64,000 nucleotides of DNA from Callorhinchus milii (taxonomy: Eukaryota): assembly GCF_018977255.1 (NCBI RefSeq), contig NW_024704742.1:85996001-86060000 (forward strand), given 5' to 3'. The notes below the pieces were generated by a model. It saw nothing but the letters and a program-made list of their open reading frames with translations, was not told where the DNA came from and did not search any database. Of this stretch, positions 49,771-63,434 are shown piece after piece; within the stretch, counting starts at the first letter, position 1; each line of letters begins with the position of its first letter. A program made the translations under genes and the position numbers.

Positions 49771-50649
49771 TGATCATAGATATCAGGATATTACAAGCTT
49801 AACTTTGTTGGTCAGGTAAAAATTAGCTAATTGTCCTCTGCATATGCTCCAGTACCTTATTTTCTGAAATAACTGAAGATTAGTGTGGGGAGAAAGTACC
49901 ATCTCAATTTTTTTTACAAAATACATTTTGTTGTTACATTAATTCGCTTAAATTCATTTTCTAATACAACTGAAGAGCATACATTTGTCTCTCAAGCTCA
50001 ATGTTGTGGTGGGAAGAGTGAGTGTTTGCCATACAGTAAACATGTCCTTTCACTGCCTGGATAGCCAATATTATGATAGATATGATTGATTGAGGAAGTG
50101 CTGCATATAGTTATTGAGGTTTCTATTGCTGACAAAGAAATAATGCTTGTGACAAGCTCCAATTACAGCTCCAAACTTCAAGGACCCACTTTTTAAAGAA
50201 TGAGTGTTCATGCATGTTTGCAGTGATATTGTGAGGTTTGCATGGCAGTTTATTTCTCCATCACCTTAAATCCACAAACAAGATCCAGGAAAGTCACAGC
50301 ACAAAACAATAAATCTCAACTGCTGGATGAAGGAACGATTTGCGCACACAATGTTGGTATCCCTGGTAACTAGATCATAAATTCTTACTTTTCATTTAGT
50401 GAAGCAGCCACTATTTTTTATTAAATGAAACATATTGAGCTGCCTTTGCTATAACATTGACAAATGTTTAAAACATTAAACTTACTCAAACAGAATTAAT
50501 GAAACTGAGAGCGCCTCAGAACATTTTACAGAGTGTGATATTTCGAAGAGAGCCCCTCACCAATCTGAGCCTTTGAGACAGAAAGGTTCCATTCCTTGGG
50601 ATTTCTGTTTTTTTTGATTCAGCCTGATTTTAAGATCACAGTCTTTTTC

Positions 50650-50945
50650 AAATCCCTTCTTGCCCTGGTACCTCCCTACCTCTCCGACCTGCTTAATAAT
50701 AGTCCTTGCATTTGATATAGCGCCTTATCTCGTCTTTGAGACGTCTCAAAGAACTTCACTGTTCCTCTATCCCTTTGTCTTGCCCCTTCCTTCCCCATCT
50801 TCAGGTCACGCCTGAAGACCTTCCTATTCGACCGTCCTGACGGTAACCTCCCCCTTCCCCCCGACTTGGAGCTGTGCTCCATCACTGTTAAGGGCTCTGG
50901 GACTCTACCCTGTATGAGGGGCGCTATTATCAATGCAAGTTCTTT
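50650..50945 (+). mobile_element. L2 3' fragment interrupted by an inverted SINE tail
   Basis: ctccctacctctccgacctg...gaagaccttcctattcgaccg; SINE tail at about 50694-50760 on the minus strand. Confidence 0.6.
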
Positions 50946-51479
50946 TTGTAAATCTACTCTAGTATGTGAGGTTCTGTGTTCTTATACTGAAAGCAAAAGG
51001 GATTGTGTTGAATTACAGTGCTGTCACTGTGCGTGTGATGGTTCAGGTTAGACCAGATTCACCAATTCATTTTCAGTGGCAAACTGGATGACATTTTCAA
51101 CAAAGGAGGAAGCTTAAATTGGTCTGCTACTTCCACTCTTATGACTACCTCTCATACAATAATGACTATGCTGCCACCTTTGTTTGTCATATCCCCTGAC
51201 AGACCATGAACTGTGCTGCTAAGCTGCAGATTGTGAAACGGGAAGCCTTTTTTTTATTTGAAGGCATCATGCATCTGACTGTGAATTCAGTTTAAAAAAA
51301 ATTACTTGGGATTTTCTGCCATTTTTGCACATGTCTGATGGATTCTAAAATTCCCTGGTGATCGTTCAACTGAACACATCACGATACAAGCCATGAAAAT
51401 TATTTCTGGAAAGTATCAACATTTATTTGAAAGATTTAAAAATTATGCTAAAAATCGAAAATAGATGGTCTTGCATGGG

Positions 51480-51955
51480 CTGGGGCAGCCAGAATGATTG
51501 ATGTGATGGAGGGATTGGAATATGAGGAGCGATTAAGTAAACTGGACATGTTCACACTGGAGAAGTGAAAGTTGAGAGGCGATATGATTGCGTTTTTAAG
51601 ATTCTAAAGGGATTGGACAATGTAGACAATGATAAGCTGTTTTATCTTGTCCAGAACAGTACAACTAGGCGATTGACAAATGGTAAATTCAAACAAATCT
51701 GTGGAAATACTATTTCAGTAAGCGAGTAGTGAATGTATAGAACAGGCTCCCTAAGGAGACGGTGGAAGCAGGAAGTGTTGATTCTTTCTAAAGCAAATTA
51801 GATAGATTTCTTTTAGGAAATGATATCATGGGATACAGAATATAGTTTGGGACATTACATGTTCATGCGATTGCCAGATAGTGGAAGGCAAAATAGATGG
51901 ACCTTGGTCTTCTTTCATCTAGCAATTCTTATATTCTGTGTTCTTGTATTCTTAT
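51480..51955 (+). mobile_element. CR1 LINE 3' fragment (distinct subfamily)
   Basis: YEERLSKLDMFTLEK...RGDMI...FSKRVVNV; tail attcttatattctgtgttctt. Confidence 0.75.
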
Positions 51956-52044
51956 GCTGGTTCCTTCAACGTCACGGAGATCTGTTGAAGAATAGATGTA
52001 ACTGAGGTGAGGGAAGCATTCATTGGATCTAAGCTATCTGTAAT

Positions 52045-52270
52045 AACCATAATAATCATAAAAGTCCTTATATTTGGTATATCGACTTTCAAGTCAGAGG
52101 ATATCCCAAAGCACTTCACAAGATATACTGTGAAGTGGAGTGATTGTGTGCTTTGTGGGCGAATGCAACAGCCTATTTGTGCACAACAATGTCCCACAAA
52201 CAACCATGAAACTGAGTGACCAATTTTGTTTGGGCAATTGTTGGGCAAAACACCAGGAGAAACTCTCTTG
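52045..52270 (-). mobile_element. Deu-type SINE 3' part
   Basis: Reverse complement of the shared SINE 3' half. Confidence 0.65.
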
Positions 52271-53524
52271 CTTACTCATAACAGTTCAAAAACATGCACT
52301 TCTTGTCATGGATTTCATGATGACTCCTCACATGAAGTACAAGCTTTGAATGTGGCCATGTGGTGTTACTTCACTGCCCTCATATCTGTCCTGGGCACTG
52401 TGTGACTAAAGTCCGACTGAAGTCTGTGTACTTTCATGAATCTTATGGTGTGAAATTAGCCAATGTTATAAAAGATGGGAATCATTGAATAATCAAGTGC
52501 AAAAGAGGCTAAACCTTTAAGTTAGCTAGTTTTTTCTTATTTTCAGCCAACGTCTTTACAAGGAAACTAATTGTTGATGACTCTCCAAATTCTAAACACT
52601 CTGTATGTTTGGGAGATCTTTTACAATAAAGGAAGATTGATGTGCTGATTATTATTTTTTTCACCCACAATGATCTTTAATGGGTTTCCTTGGATCATTG
52701 AGGACCAGGTTGCTGGAAGCAACTGATATCATGTTTCATTTGGGATTGCATCACTTGCTAACAGACTCTTTCGTTGAACAGATGTTTTCAACAGAAGAAG
52801 CAATTATCAATTAAAAGAAAATGAGCCCCATTCAACCTGATTTGATATAAGAGCGATGACAACAAGTAAACTAACAAGTATCACTGGGCATGAAGCCTGC
52901 ACTAAACACCCTTTAATAGCTTCTCTTGATTCAGGTTGTCAAACCCTCTCAATTAGCTAACTAAAATGTTTTCTAATTCTCACGCATCATTAACCGCTGC
53001 ACTTCAAAACTGTTTGCAGTGGATGAAATCACTGAGCCTGAGAAGAATGTCAGCTTCCCAAATCCATACATTAACATGATTAGCGACCAAACGGGCAGTG
53101 CGAGAAAATGCAGAGGAACTGGCCAGCTGGTTAGTGATTTTACTCTGATTTTTGAAATTCCACTAACTCTGTCCGCTCTGCAGCTGGAAGATAAATGTGT
53201 GATACGGTGACCATTGAGGTGCTGGGATGGGGGAGGGAGAAAGAATTGTCTTCCACAACACTTGAGATCAATTGTGACCTAAAATTGCGTGAGTCAAATA
53301 GTGAAAGGGTTTATGTCAGATTTGGATTTTTGGGGGGCGCGGGTTCAGTGGAGTATTCCAGATGAGGCTCCAGAAATATCCAGAAATTGGGAATCGATGC
53401 AGCTAATTGCAGCCTGACATGTGAGGGTCTCTCTGACTGTCACCGAGCAACTACACACCAGAGCGGAGTTCCTGGAGCACACAGTCATTCAACCCAATCA
53501 GGAACTAGTGAATGACTGTCATCT

Positions 53525-53890
53525 GGGCATCCTCAAAAAGGAAGGTCTTGAGGCGGATCTTGAAGGAGGTGAGGGAAGGGGTGAGGCAAAGGAACTCTGG
53601 GATGGAGTTCCAGAGAGTGGGGGCAGATAGGCTGAAGGTCCGACCATCAACGGTGAGGCAATTAGGTTGGGGGTCTGAAGCAGGCCTGGGGCAAAACCAT
53701 GGAGGGATTTAAAGATTATGACAAGGATTTTGAACTCGATCCGCTGGGAGGTGGGGGTCACAGTGGCGCCGGGCAAAGATGAGGGTGATAGACTGGCAGA
53801 GCCTAGTGCGGGAAAGGACTGCAGATTTCGGGATGGTCTACAGCTTGTGAAGAGAAGAGGCTGAGAGTTACTGTAATCTGGCCTTGACCA
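53525..53890 (-). mobile_element. L2 fragment
   Basis: SRPDYSNS...QRIEFKILVIIFKSLHG. Confidence 0.7.
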
Positions 53891-54379
53891 CAAAAATAAA
53901 GAAAAATCTTTGCCACTTACAAAACGTGTCTAAGTATGTAAATAAGCTGCAAAATTACTACAAATATTAGAAAAAAGCATGAAAATAATGGGAGCCTTAC
54001 AACAGTCAAGTTTCACAGTATCTTTGATACTGTTTGATTCTGGCAGTGAATTTGACATTCTGTGCGAAGAAGTTTCATTTGAGAGAATGTCAACTGTAAA
54101 TTGCACCATGTTATTAATGGTGCCGCTCTTAATAAATGAGGAATGTTTTGCGCCAGATGCCTGAAAGGAAAAAGTATACCAATTCTGTAATTTTTCTGAA
54201 CACTTGCTGTGCATGGCCAAGGATTTCACAACTCAAAAGATTATCAGATTTAACAACCCGTCTATTTTTAAATGTACAAAAAAGGTAACAAATTAAACTG
54301 CAGCTTTCCTACAGAAAAGCCAGAAAATATGTAATAAATGATATTTAAAATTTAAGCGTTTAAGTCGTTGGTCTTCCAT

Positions 54380-54830
54380 AGAAATTTCAAGCACAGAAGG
54401 CCATTCAGCTTATCGTATCTGTCCTGGCTGTTTTAAGAGTAATCCTTTCAGTCTCATTTACCTCCCTTTCCCCATACCCCTGTGGTTTCCTCCATCTTAG
54501 ATATCTGTCTACTTCCCTTTTGAAAGTCAATTTGGATTCTGCCTCAACCATTGCACCTGGCAGCATATTCTGTATACCAGATCCTCTGTGTGTGAATAAA
54601 TTCATCCTAACCGCCCCATTGATGACCACTTGCCACTGAGTCATTGACCAGTGGAAATAATTTCTCCCCACTTAAAACCCCTCATAATTTTAAAATTCTC
54701 TATCAGGTCACCCTTCACCTTCTTTATTCCAAAAGAAAGAATCCCAGTTCTCCAGTCTCCGCTCATAAGCCAAACCACTCATCCCTGGTATCATCTTAGT
54801 AAATCTCCTCTGCACCCCTCTATTGTTTTG
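54380..54830 (-). mobile_element. CR1 LINE 3' fragment
   Basis: VQRRFTKMIPGMSGLAYERRL; FKREVDRYL. Confidence 0.75.
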
Positions 54831-55246
54831 ATGTCTTATAAATAGCATTGCTTTAAAAGCAGGATTGGTCCATTTAGTGTGAATCAAATTCCACTGCTCC
54901 TTGTGGCCTGAAGAGATTTTCAGATAAAGCATATTTAAGTGATTATTTCACTGTAACAGGAGTGTTTCTGAACGAATTTGGACATTTTAAAATTTTCTTT
55001 TCAATATGACAGTTCACCGAGTATTGTTTCATAAATTATGCTTGGCGGGTATCAACAATACTGTGTTTGACATGTTAGTCTTGTACATATAGACGTATCG
55101 GTAGAGAGAAGATTCCTACATTCTTACATTATATTTTATTGTATTGTACCCTTCCTCTGCTTTTTCACATTGGAGTACCAGGGAGAAATGGTCAAGTTCT
55201 CCGGTGAAAAGGAATCACCCCCCCACTGTTACTGCACTCCAGTCTC

Positions 55247-55808
55247 GAAGCGCTTCACAGAATATACTATAAAGTGAATTGATTGTATATTTGGTGGGCC
55301 GAAATGCAGCAGTCATTTGCGCACAGCAGTGTCCCACACACAGTCGTGGGTTGAGTGACCAATTTATTATGGGGTCCTGTAGCTCAGTGGTTAGAGCACT
55401 CGCCTTGTAAGCGAGAGACCTGGGTTCAATTTCCAACAGGGCGAAACCTTGGGCAAGTTTCCTTACTCCACATGCCTGATAATAATCCCTCAAGAAAAAA
55501 ACAATAATAAATTGGTCACTTCAATCCACGACTGTTTGTGGGACACTGCTGTGCGCAATTGGCTGCTGCATTTCTCCCACAAATATACAGTCAATTCATT
55601 TTACAGTATATTCTGTGAAGCGCTTTGAGATGTCTAGAAGACGTGAAAAGCGCCATATCAAATGCAAGGATTATTATTATTAATTTTTTTTGAAGGAATT
55701 TTTATCCCTGGAAAAGCGATTCGCCAATCGACTAACAACCGGGTCCCTACTTACTGCTAGGTAAACAGAGACATGTGGAGTAAGGAAACTAACCCTACAT
55801 GACTCCAC
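55247..55808 (-). mobile_element. Long-variant tRNA SINE split by an oppositely oriented SINE
   Basis: 3' half at 55247-55370 and 5' half at 55684-55808. Confidence 0.75.
55371..55683 (+). mobile_element. tRNA-head SINE, short variant, nested
   Basis: Complete head to (ATT)n tail, inserted at a ttattat tract. Confidence 0.85.
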
Positions 55809-56527
55809 AAGTTTATGGAGTTCCAGAAAGCGGGGGCAGAATGGGTTCCCTCCGATGGTGGGTGGGGAAATGAAACAGGAAAGTGGCTGGGTCAGTAGGG
55901 TCGAAGGAGGTTACTACTGCCCTCCTGACGCCAATGGACAAAGTAGCTCAAGAAAAGAATTCTTTATGCCTGCCACAGGCCTGATTTTATTTTCATTTAA
56001 AGGGGCCACTTTTAAGACATTCCCCCTGCCCTCCCTTCCCATTTATATTTTAAGAAATTATAAATAAAATAATGCTAGCAGTGGTTTATGGCCAAAACCT
56101 AATTCATGTCACTCTGTTTAAAGCACGAAAAATCAGGGAGGTGATTTAAAAAAAAACTGTACTGCTTCCAAGAACTGTTTATAGAGAGTGATAATTTGAG
56201 TGATGTAGAATAAATGCCTATGCTTACCACAGCTCTGATTACCCCTGGTGCACTTCAGCAATAAAAAGGAAAGAAAATATAGGGATTCAATCAAAATACT
56301 CCAATTACTGTTACCGTTGCGATGAATTGAATGGGTACTTTCATCCTGAGTTATCTTGGATATTGATTTAACTTTAACTTACAAAAGAAAAGAGAGTTTT
56401 TCTTGGCGCCTTGGAAAATAATTCTCTAAATAAATTTGGTTACTAACTATGGCTAATTGCAGTTCATTTCTGTGCGCAAATTGACTGGCGTGTTTGCCTC
56501 CAAAATATACAGCAACTATACAGTATA

Positions 56528-57334
56528 CAACAACAACAAGATTGCATATATATAGCGCCTTTCACGTCGGGAGGACGTCCCAAGGCGCTGGACAGTGTAC
56601 AGCATTTCAGACCCAAGCTGGGGTCAGGGGGGAGAAGGGAGGGGAGGAGAAGGTGGGGTGACCAATGGCATGGTCGAAGAGGAGGGTCTTGAGAAGGGAC
56701 CTGAAGGAGGCTAAGGAGGGGGTGAAGCGGAGTGATTGGGGGATGGAGTTCCAGAGGTTGGGGGCAGAGTGGCTGAAGGCTCTCCCGCCAATGGAGGGGC
56801 GGGTGGGTTGGAGGATGTGGAGCGGCCGGAGCCGGCTGAGTGGAGGGAGCAGGCGGATTGGTAGGGGGCTAGGAGGTCACAGAGATAGGGTGGGGCGAGG
56901 CCATGGAGGGTTTTGTATATGAAGACCGGTATCTTGAACTGGATCCTCTGAAGGATAGGGAGCCAATGGAGATGGGTGAGAATGGAGGAGATGGGGTCAC
57001 GGAGTTTGGTGTGGGAGAGGACACGAGCTGCAGAGTTCTGGATTATCTGCAGTCTGTGGAGGGAGGAGTTGGGAAGGCCGACAAACAGGGCGTTTGCATA
57101 GTCGAGCCTGAAGGTGATGAAGGCATGAACAAGAGTTTCAGTGGCCTGAGGGGTGAGGTAGTGGCGGAGTCGGGCGATGTTACGGAGGGGAGGGAAGGCA
57201 GAGCAGGTCATGGCTTGGATGTGGGGAAGAAAAGACAGTTGAGGGTCAAACAAGACACCTAGGTTCCTGACTGGCTTGGTGAGTTGAAGTGTGTAACCAT
57301 GGAGGTTGATGCTGCCAGAGCCTGAGATGCAGAG
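56528..57334 (-). mobile_element. L2 LINE, 5'-truncated, nested in a SINE tail
   Basis: VRNLGVLFDPQLSFLPHI...LHWLPILQRIQFKI; TSD gtata at 56523-56527 and 57335-57339. Confidence 0.9.
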
Positions 57335-58434
57335 GTATATCCTGCAAAGTAATTTGAGATGTCCTCCCAACATGAGAAGGTGCTTTTCCAAATGCAAGGA
57401 TTATTATATTATTATTTTGTATATCTAATGATTTCAAAATATGAATATATTTTTGGTGGAGTTGGTGATTTCATCAAAGGTAGCAAGCTGGTGGGAGTTA
57501 CTAACCCAGCAATAAGAGGCAACTGAATTAACATCAGCAGGGACATATGGGGCTGAAAAGGTAGTTTTCACTACCTAGAGTCACTGATGACAAGTCTGAG
57601 TCACAAACAGTAACTTCAGCCTGTAACTGGAAGTGCATTGCACCAACCCGTGGGAACGCCACTTCGGCATGGCTGGAAGCAGTGTGTGGAGTTCCTGTGA
57701 GTTGTGATGCACTTCAGATTAACATCAGGAGTGGCTATTAGTGTAGCTCCAGGTAGCATTGTCAACTCCATAGTCAACGTGCCAGGGTGCTTCAGCGTTT
57801 ACCATGCTGATTCAACACCCGCCTCAGCAACAACTAATGTGGATTCAAGTAGAAATGTGATTGCATGATATTAGCCTATTAGTCACTGCACTCAGCAACC
57901 CCTGCAAGCCATTATTCTTGATCTCACGCACCATTCCAACAATTTAAGTCACTAGATGTTCGGCAACCGGAGTGTGAAATTCAATCAGAAACCTTTATAA
58001 CTGTCTGACATTTTAAGAGGACTAATGCACTCAGTTTCAGACTTCAGGCTAGAGAATTGAAATTGAATTCTGCAGCTCCTCAAAGTCGAAAACTTCAAGG
58101 AAAATCAACAACACTTCACTGTTAATGTTTCCTCCTTTCAAAAACAGTAAAAACAAATAAACAAAAAAAATGTTAATGAGGTTCCTTTTGAAGTTAATAT
58201 TTATATAAATGGCACTGGTGATATTCAATCCGCACTCGTGATTTTTTGTGCTGGGCAACACAGCGTAGATTGGGAATACTGCAGTTGTTTATTATCGAGT
58301 GTATTTCTATTTCTCCTAGCCCCTTGCAATGCTTATCTGTGTCTTACACCTGTATTGGCAGCTACAGGGGTTGAGAGCTAAAACTAATACCTGGCATCAG
58401 CTTCATGATGCTGAGTATTGTTGAATACTGAATG

Positions 58435-59603
58435 TCTCCTGATACTGCATCCCAGAGTGCTTAACAATGGTGGAGCCTGATGCCGCGCCAGTGGGAGGGG
58501 GAAGGTGACCATAGGCACGGTCGAAGAGAAAGGTCTTCAGCCGTAACCTGAAATTGAGGAAATAGGAGCAAGGCAACGGGATTAAGGGAGGGAGTTCCAT
58601 AGCTTCAGGATGTAGTGGCTGAAGGTGGAGAGGAGTGCAGTGAAGGTTGAGGAAGTGGGGCAGGAGGAGTTGAGATGAAGGTTGAAGTCGCCCATGATGA
58701 GCATTCAGTGCAGAGGGACAGGGATAAGAGGAGAGAGGAGATGTCCATGAGGAAGGAAGGAGCCAGGAAGTTTAGAGGGTGGTACACAAAGAGGATTTTG
58801 AAGGAGAGGGAGGAGGAATGGTAGAGTGTGAGGTGCTCCAAAGAGGGGAAACAGCCAGAGGATAGTGGGATAGGTTAAGAGAGGTTTGGCAGATGAAGAC
58901 CACCCCACTGCTGCAACGGTTGGTGCGGGGGGTGTGGTGGAATATGTTGCCAAGGGTGGGGGGAGAGTTCGATGAGGGGGACGGGGTCATCGGGGGCCAG
59001 CCAGTTTCCGTGAACCCTAGGATGTCAATTTGCTTCTCCAGGGTGAGGTCCTGGATGGCGAGGGCTTTGTTTGAGAGGGAGCAGATGTTTTGTAGGGCGA
59101 TGCGGGAGGGGGGCACTGATGGGATTCGATGATGGGGGAAGGGTTTTGGTGGTTGCAGATTGTGGGGGGAGAATGGCTGTGGGGTTTGAGGGGTTGGAAG
59201 AGTTGTGAAAGAATGTGGATGAGGAAAGGATTTGCCATAGATCCGGGGGAGGGTCTTGCATAATGAGTGGGTGATGGGGCAATCGGGGTGGCTGCTCTGG
59301 GACAACCAACGACGCATGCCATGATGAGCACGGTGGAGGATGCCCAGGCTGGAGCAGAAGGAGGCAGAGGACGAGTCCAGGAGAGAGAGAAGGCGAGGAG
59401 GGTGATAAGAGAGGAGAACGGAGTTCGTGTAGTGAAGGGTGTTCAGTAGAGTTTGGGGCATTTTGGGGGGGAGGGGGAGACTCAGGTCAGGGTCGGCAGC
59501 CAGAACCCGCACGCCTGGACCTGTAGCGAGCGGTCAGCAGGACATGGTCAGCCACAAGCATGGGAGGAGATTAGAGACAGCACAGAGGGGCGGGAGAGGG
59601 GGT
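58435..59603 (-). mobile_element. Internally deleted L2 (ORF2 N-terminus/APE joined to the 3' end)
   Basis: IALQNICSLSNKALAIQDL...IDILGFTET and YHP / GDFN-like APE motifs; junction near 58625 to the L2 3' end (KTFLFDRAY). Confidence 0.75.
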
Positions 59604-60054
59604 TGTTGGGTTCTTTCTTACCGTGATTGGATCCTCGCCATTAACCAATAAAGGTCTGAACATGGAGTTATAAAATCAAGACAGTTTATTCAACAATGTA
59701 ACAGAATATACTACCAGATAAGTAGTCTTGCCTGATGACCAGCACTTAGCTCAGCAACTGTAGTTCTTACTCTGTGGAGCTCAACTTTTCTTTGTGTGTC
59801 TGTTGTATTTATACCCAGCTAGTTGGTGTATCCGTGATCTGCTCGTGATGGTACTTCTCCACTAGCCGATGTGCCCTGCTGAGACTAGTTTTCCTCCTTA
59901 TCTAGCTGCTTGTCCGTACTCCCTGTTCTTCCTCAATCAGTATGTTTCATAATCTTGCATTCCAGTCTCTGGTCTCTAGTCAGGGACTCTACTCACAGCT
60001 CACAGGTTGCTGCATATGAGCCATCTATTCTGTTAATCTTTTCTTATACTAACA
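59604..60054 (-). mobile_element. Solo LTR (451 bp)
   Basis: TGTT...AACA termini; 4-bp TSD gggt at 59600-59603 and 60055-60058; minus-strand TATAAA (59813-59808) upstream of AATAAA (59690-59685). Confidence 0.75.
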
Positions 60055-60204
60055 GGGTGACACTCATAATTTTATTTGTTGGGTTGGACAAAAGTCCAGG
60101 CCAATAAATAGTAAAGAGTGGGAGAGAGGTGGGAGAGGGAGAGAGAGAGAACAAAAGGGTGAGAAGGTAAAGCAAATCTATGAGTCAATTTAAAGCATGA
60201 CTCC

Positions 60205-60485
60205 TAAACAGCCATGAAGGGAATGACTCAATTTTATTTGGGGGATGTGTTGGCCAGGACACCGGGAGAAACTCCCTTGTCTTTTTGAATAGTGAGTAAG
60301 ATCTTTAACGTCCACCTGTATGGCAGATGGGACCTTGGTTTAAAATCTCATCCAAAAGATGGCATCTCCAATAATCCAGCACTTCACTGCAGTACAAGCC
60401 TAAACTATGTGAGTTCAAGATCCCGATATGGGGCTTGAACCCACAATCTTCCGACTCAGAGGCAAGAGTACTACCAACTGAGTCA
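60205..60485 (-). mobile_element. Deu-domain SINE
   Basis: Reverse complement of the head and Deu core. Confidence 0.8.
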
Positions 60486-60611
60486 ATAATGCAAATCCCT
60501 GTGACTGGAACCTCATTGATATGGCAGAAAGTAAATTCCATTTGGCCATTTGAAATTTATTCGCTGAAGCTTCTTAATTTGTGAATTGAATTTTTTGCTT
60601 AGTAGAGTGAC

Positions 60612-60745
60612 GAGTCCATCATTGTGCTTAAGAGTATCCAAACCAAACTACAAGGAATTCCACCTATATACGGAAATTTCCCTATGTCTGGAATGGAGTG
60701 CACACATGCTCCATGGAAGGACACACCTTGCTCACCTAATCCACG
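60612..60745 (-). mobile_element. Unassigned structured retroposon-like family, minus-strand fragment
   Basis: Reverse complement contains gtgtgcactccattcc...taggtggaattcc...tttggatactcttaagca. Confidence 0.65.
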
Positions 60746-63434
60746 CGGTATAAAGCTGGAACTGAAACTGAATCACCAGAATGATAATGCAGAAATAATT
60801 GAAAATAGTTTTCTCGACTTTGGTGACTTGTCTCTTTAGCAACTTGGAACGATGATGATGGTGAATAATAAGGTTATGATTCCCAAGCTCTGTGAACTGT
60901 CTCTTCTGGTTCACTAGAATGGAAACCAAGGGGAGCTGCTTGTCTCAGATTTGAATGTACAGTAAACAGATGGATTTGAGCAGATGACACCGACGGACAG
61001 ATAATTGAGCAGCATGAGACTAATTTAAAGTAAAATGCTCTGAAACCACTCCAGGCTTGGCGTTTTTACAAAATGCCATTGGGAGAGCAGTTCTGATTAG
61101 CACTTTTTATGCAGCAGAGCAGTAGGTTTCCATGCTGTGAACAGGGAATCATTTGCATGGCTAACCTTTACAGTGGAGCAGCCCAGCATTGGGAGATCTG
61201 ACTGCTCCATCTGTTGCCAATGATGTTACAGGAGCCCACTTGGATCAGTGGGAGACTGCAGTACTCTCAGTAGTCTGTTCAAAAGATTGACTCTGATAAA
61301 ATGGAGCTGCGCTTTATCATAAGGATGGAAATTCTGTGGCTGCAGAGCCCAGCTTTATTGTCATTGAAAATCCATTCTGTTAATTTGCACTAAACTTGTC
61401 ACATTGCCACTGTGTTTCATTCCTCTCTCTCTAGAAGATTTCATTGAACTGAATTGTTGAGGTTGGTAAAGCTCTATAGAATTTGATGCAGGAGAGTTAT
61501 TTATTACTTTTTGCCACATAATGTAACTGATTTATTTGCACACCCAAGATTTTAAATGGGGAATAAATTGTTCTTAAAGCCCGGGTTATAGCAATCCAAT
61601 CTCTGGTACATGGGATTAACTCCATCCCACATTCATTGTCGGATTTCTCTCTGCCATGTAAGAATCTCATGTAAAGATCACGTGTAAGAACCTCATGTGA
61701 GACATGTTTGGGGAGTCCAAGTTGGGCATGAGATTGCAACCATCAAAGTGATCCCCAAGGACAGTCTTGTATACAATAATAATTGTTGCATTTGGTATTT
61801 GGCCTAACATGTTGAGAGGCACTTCACAGGATTTTACTGCAAAGTCTAGTGAATGTGCAGTTTTTAGGCAAATTGATTTCTCTGTATCTCTGAGATCAAT
61901 CAATGTGACGTTTCTTTGCTGAGCTGCAGTGCGGAGAAAAAAGAGTGGCAACGGAATGGACCCAACAGCATGCAGAAGATCTGGTCTGAGTTTGGCACCT
62001 GTTCTCTGTTTCTAGCCCATTCCTGTCCCCCATCTATAGAAGAAGCCCCATTGAGAAGCCATTTAGTAAATGGCCTCCTCCCCAACACCATGTGGGAATG
62101 GCAATCTGCCTCTGGTTTCAGTGGTAAAATGCTAACATTTATTTCCTTGTAGCTCAACATTTTAAGTTATTAAAATATTAATGTAGCAATCCACAGTCGT
62201 GTCTATTTTCTGATGTGCATGAGCAAACACCAGAAGCTACCAAGTAAACATTGGCACTATTTCTCCAAACCATAGCACTTGTTGTAAAGCATTAGAGAGG
62301 CTGTTCATTGCAGAGAACACCTGGGGTTCTGGTGCTGGAGTCATGAGCCTTGAAACGCTGAAAACATTTCAGTGATAATGAAGATCGGAGCAGCTACCAT
62401 TCCACTGAATATAAAACAATCAATGGCTCAGATAATTGTTACCAACCGCTTGGTTAACCAATGAGGCTAATGAGGTTCAGAGTTTTTGTTGGTCAGCAGA
62501 GTGCCGCATTATAACTTGTGAGAAAGTGATGAATAGTACATAGTGTCTTATTACACTTCCTCTCTTCGTTTAAGAATTTGTCAGAGACTTACTTGTGCAT
62601 CCTGTGATGTAGCCATAATATTTTAGAAAAACAATTGCACATCAATGTTCTATCACCTAACTTTATCTGACAACCCATAAAAAAGCATGGGCATATAGCA
62701 AAATAGATTGAGAATGGGCTATGAGGTCATTCCTCCCAACAGAGTGATAATAATAATCAATAATCCTTACATTTGGCATAGCCATGTTGGGAGGATGTCC
62801 CAAAGTGCTTCACAGAATATACTGTAAAGTGCAGTGACTGTGTTGGGGGTGAACGCGGCAGCCATGTTCCGCAAACAGCCATGGACTGAATAACCAATTT
62901 TATTTTGAGAATTGTTGGTCAAGTTGATGCTGTGCAAATATAATTCACTCTGAGCAGGTTACCCAGTGGCCTAAGGGAGATGAATAATCACAGGTAAAAC
63001 TTAAGGAGTAATTTCTCCTGGCTACCCGTGAGGTAACCTCACAAATCTCTGGGCCTTCACTAGAGCAATTGAAACCCACATTACTGAAGCTTGATTGGAA
63101 GCTTAATGTTGTGCAGAAAATTTGTTTTGCGGGTGTCAATATCATTGGCAACGACCTGAAATTTCACAACATCAGAGGGGGGAGGCTTTAACATTGCAAA
63201 ACAAGAAATGTAAACAGCAAAGCTGGCTCCGGATTCAGGTGCCGCAGGCCAAGGCTGCAATTCAGAAATCAAAACTCAGATATTCATCCAAATGCAGTTT
63301 CAGAGAGTCCTAACTGGTACATGAAGATTTGCTAGTAACTAATGGTAAATATAACAATATTGGCCTTTGATGCACCGCCAAACGTATCACATTGTCAACA
63401 ACTCAAAGTGCTTTACAGGATTTACTGTAGAACA

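Noticed and set aside
53020..53130. Possible exon tgcAG|TGGATGAA...CTG|GTTAGT
   Set aside because: Weak polypyrimidine tract and no recognisable peptide.
57545..57990. Unique GC-richer stretch starting ggggctgaaa, possibly a Harbinger-type MITE
   Set aside because: No convincing partner TIR or TSD identified.
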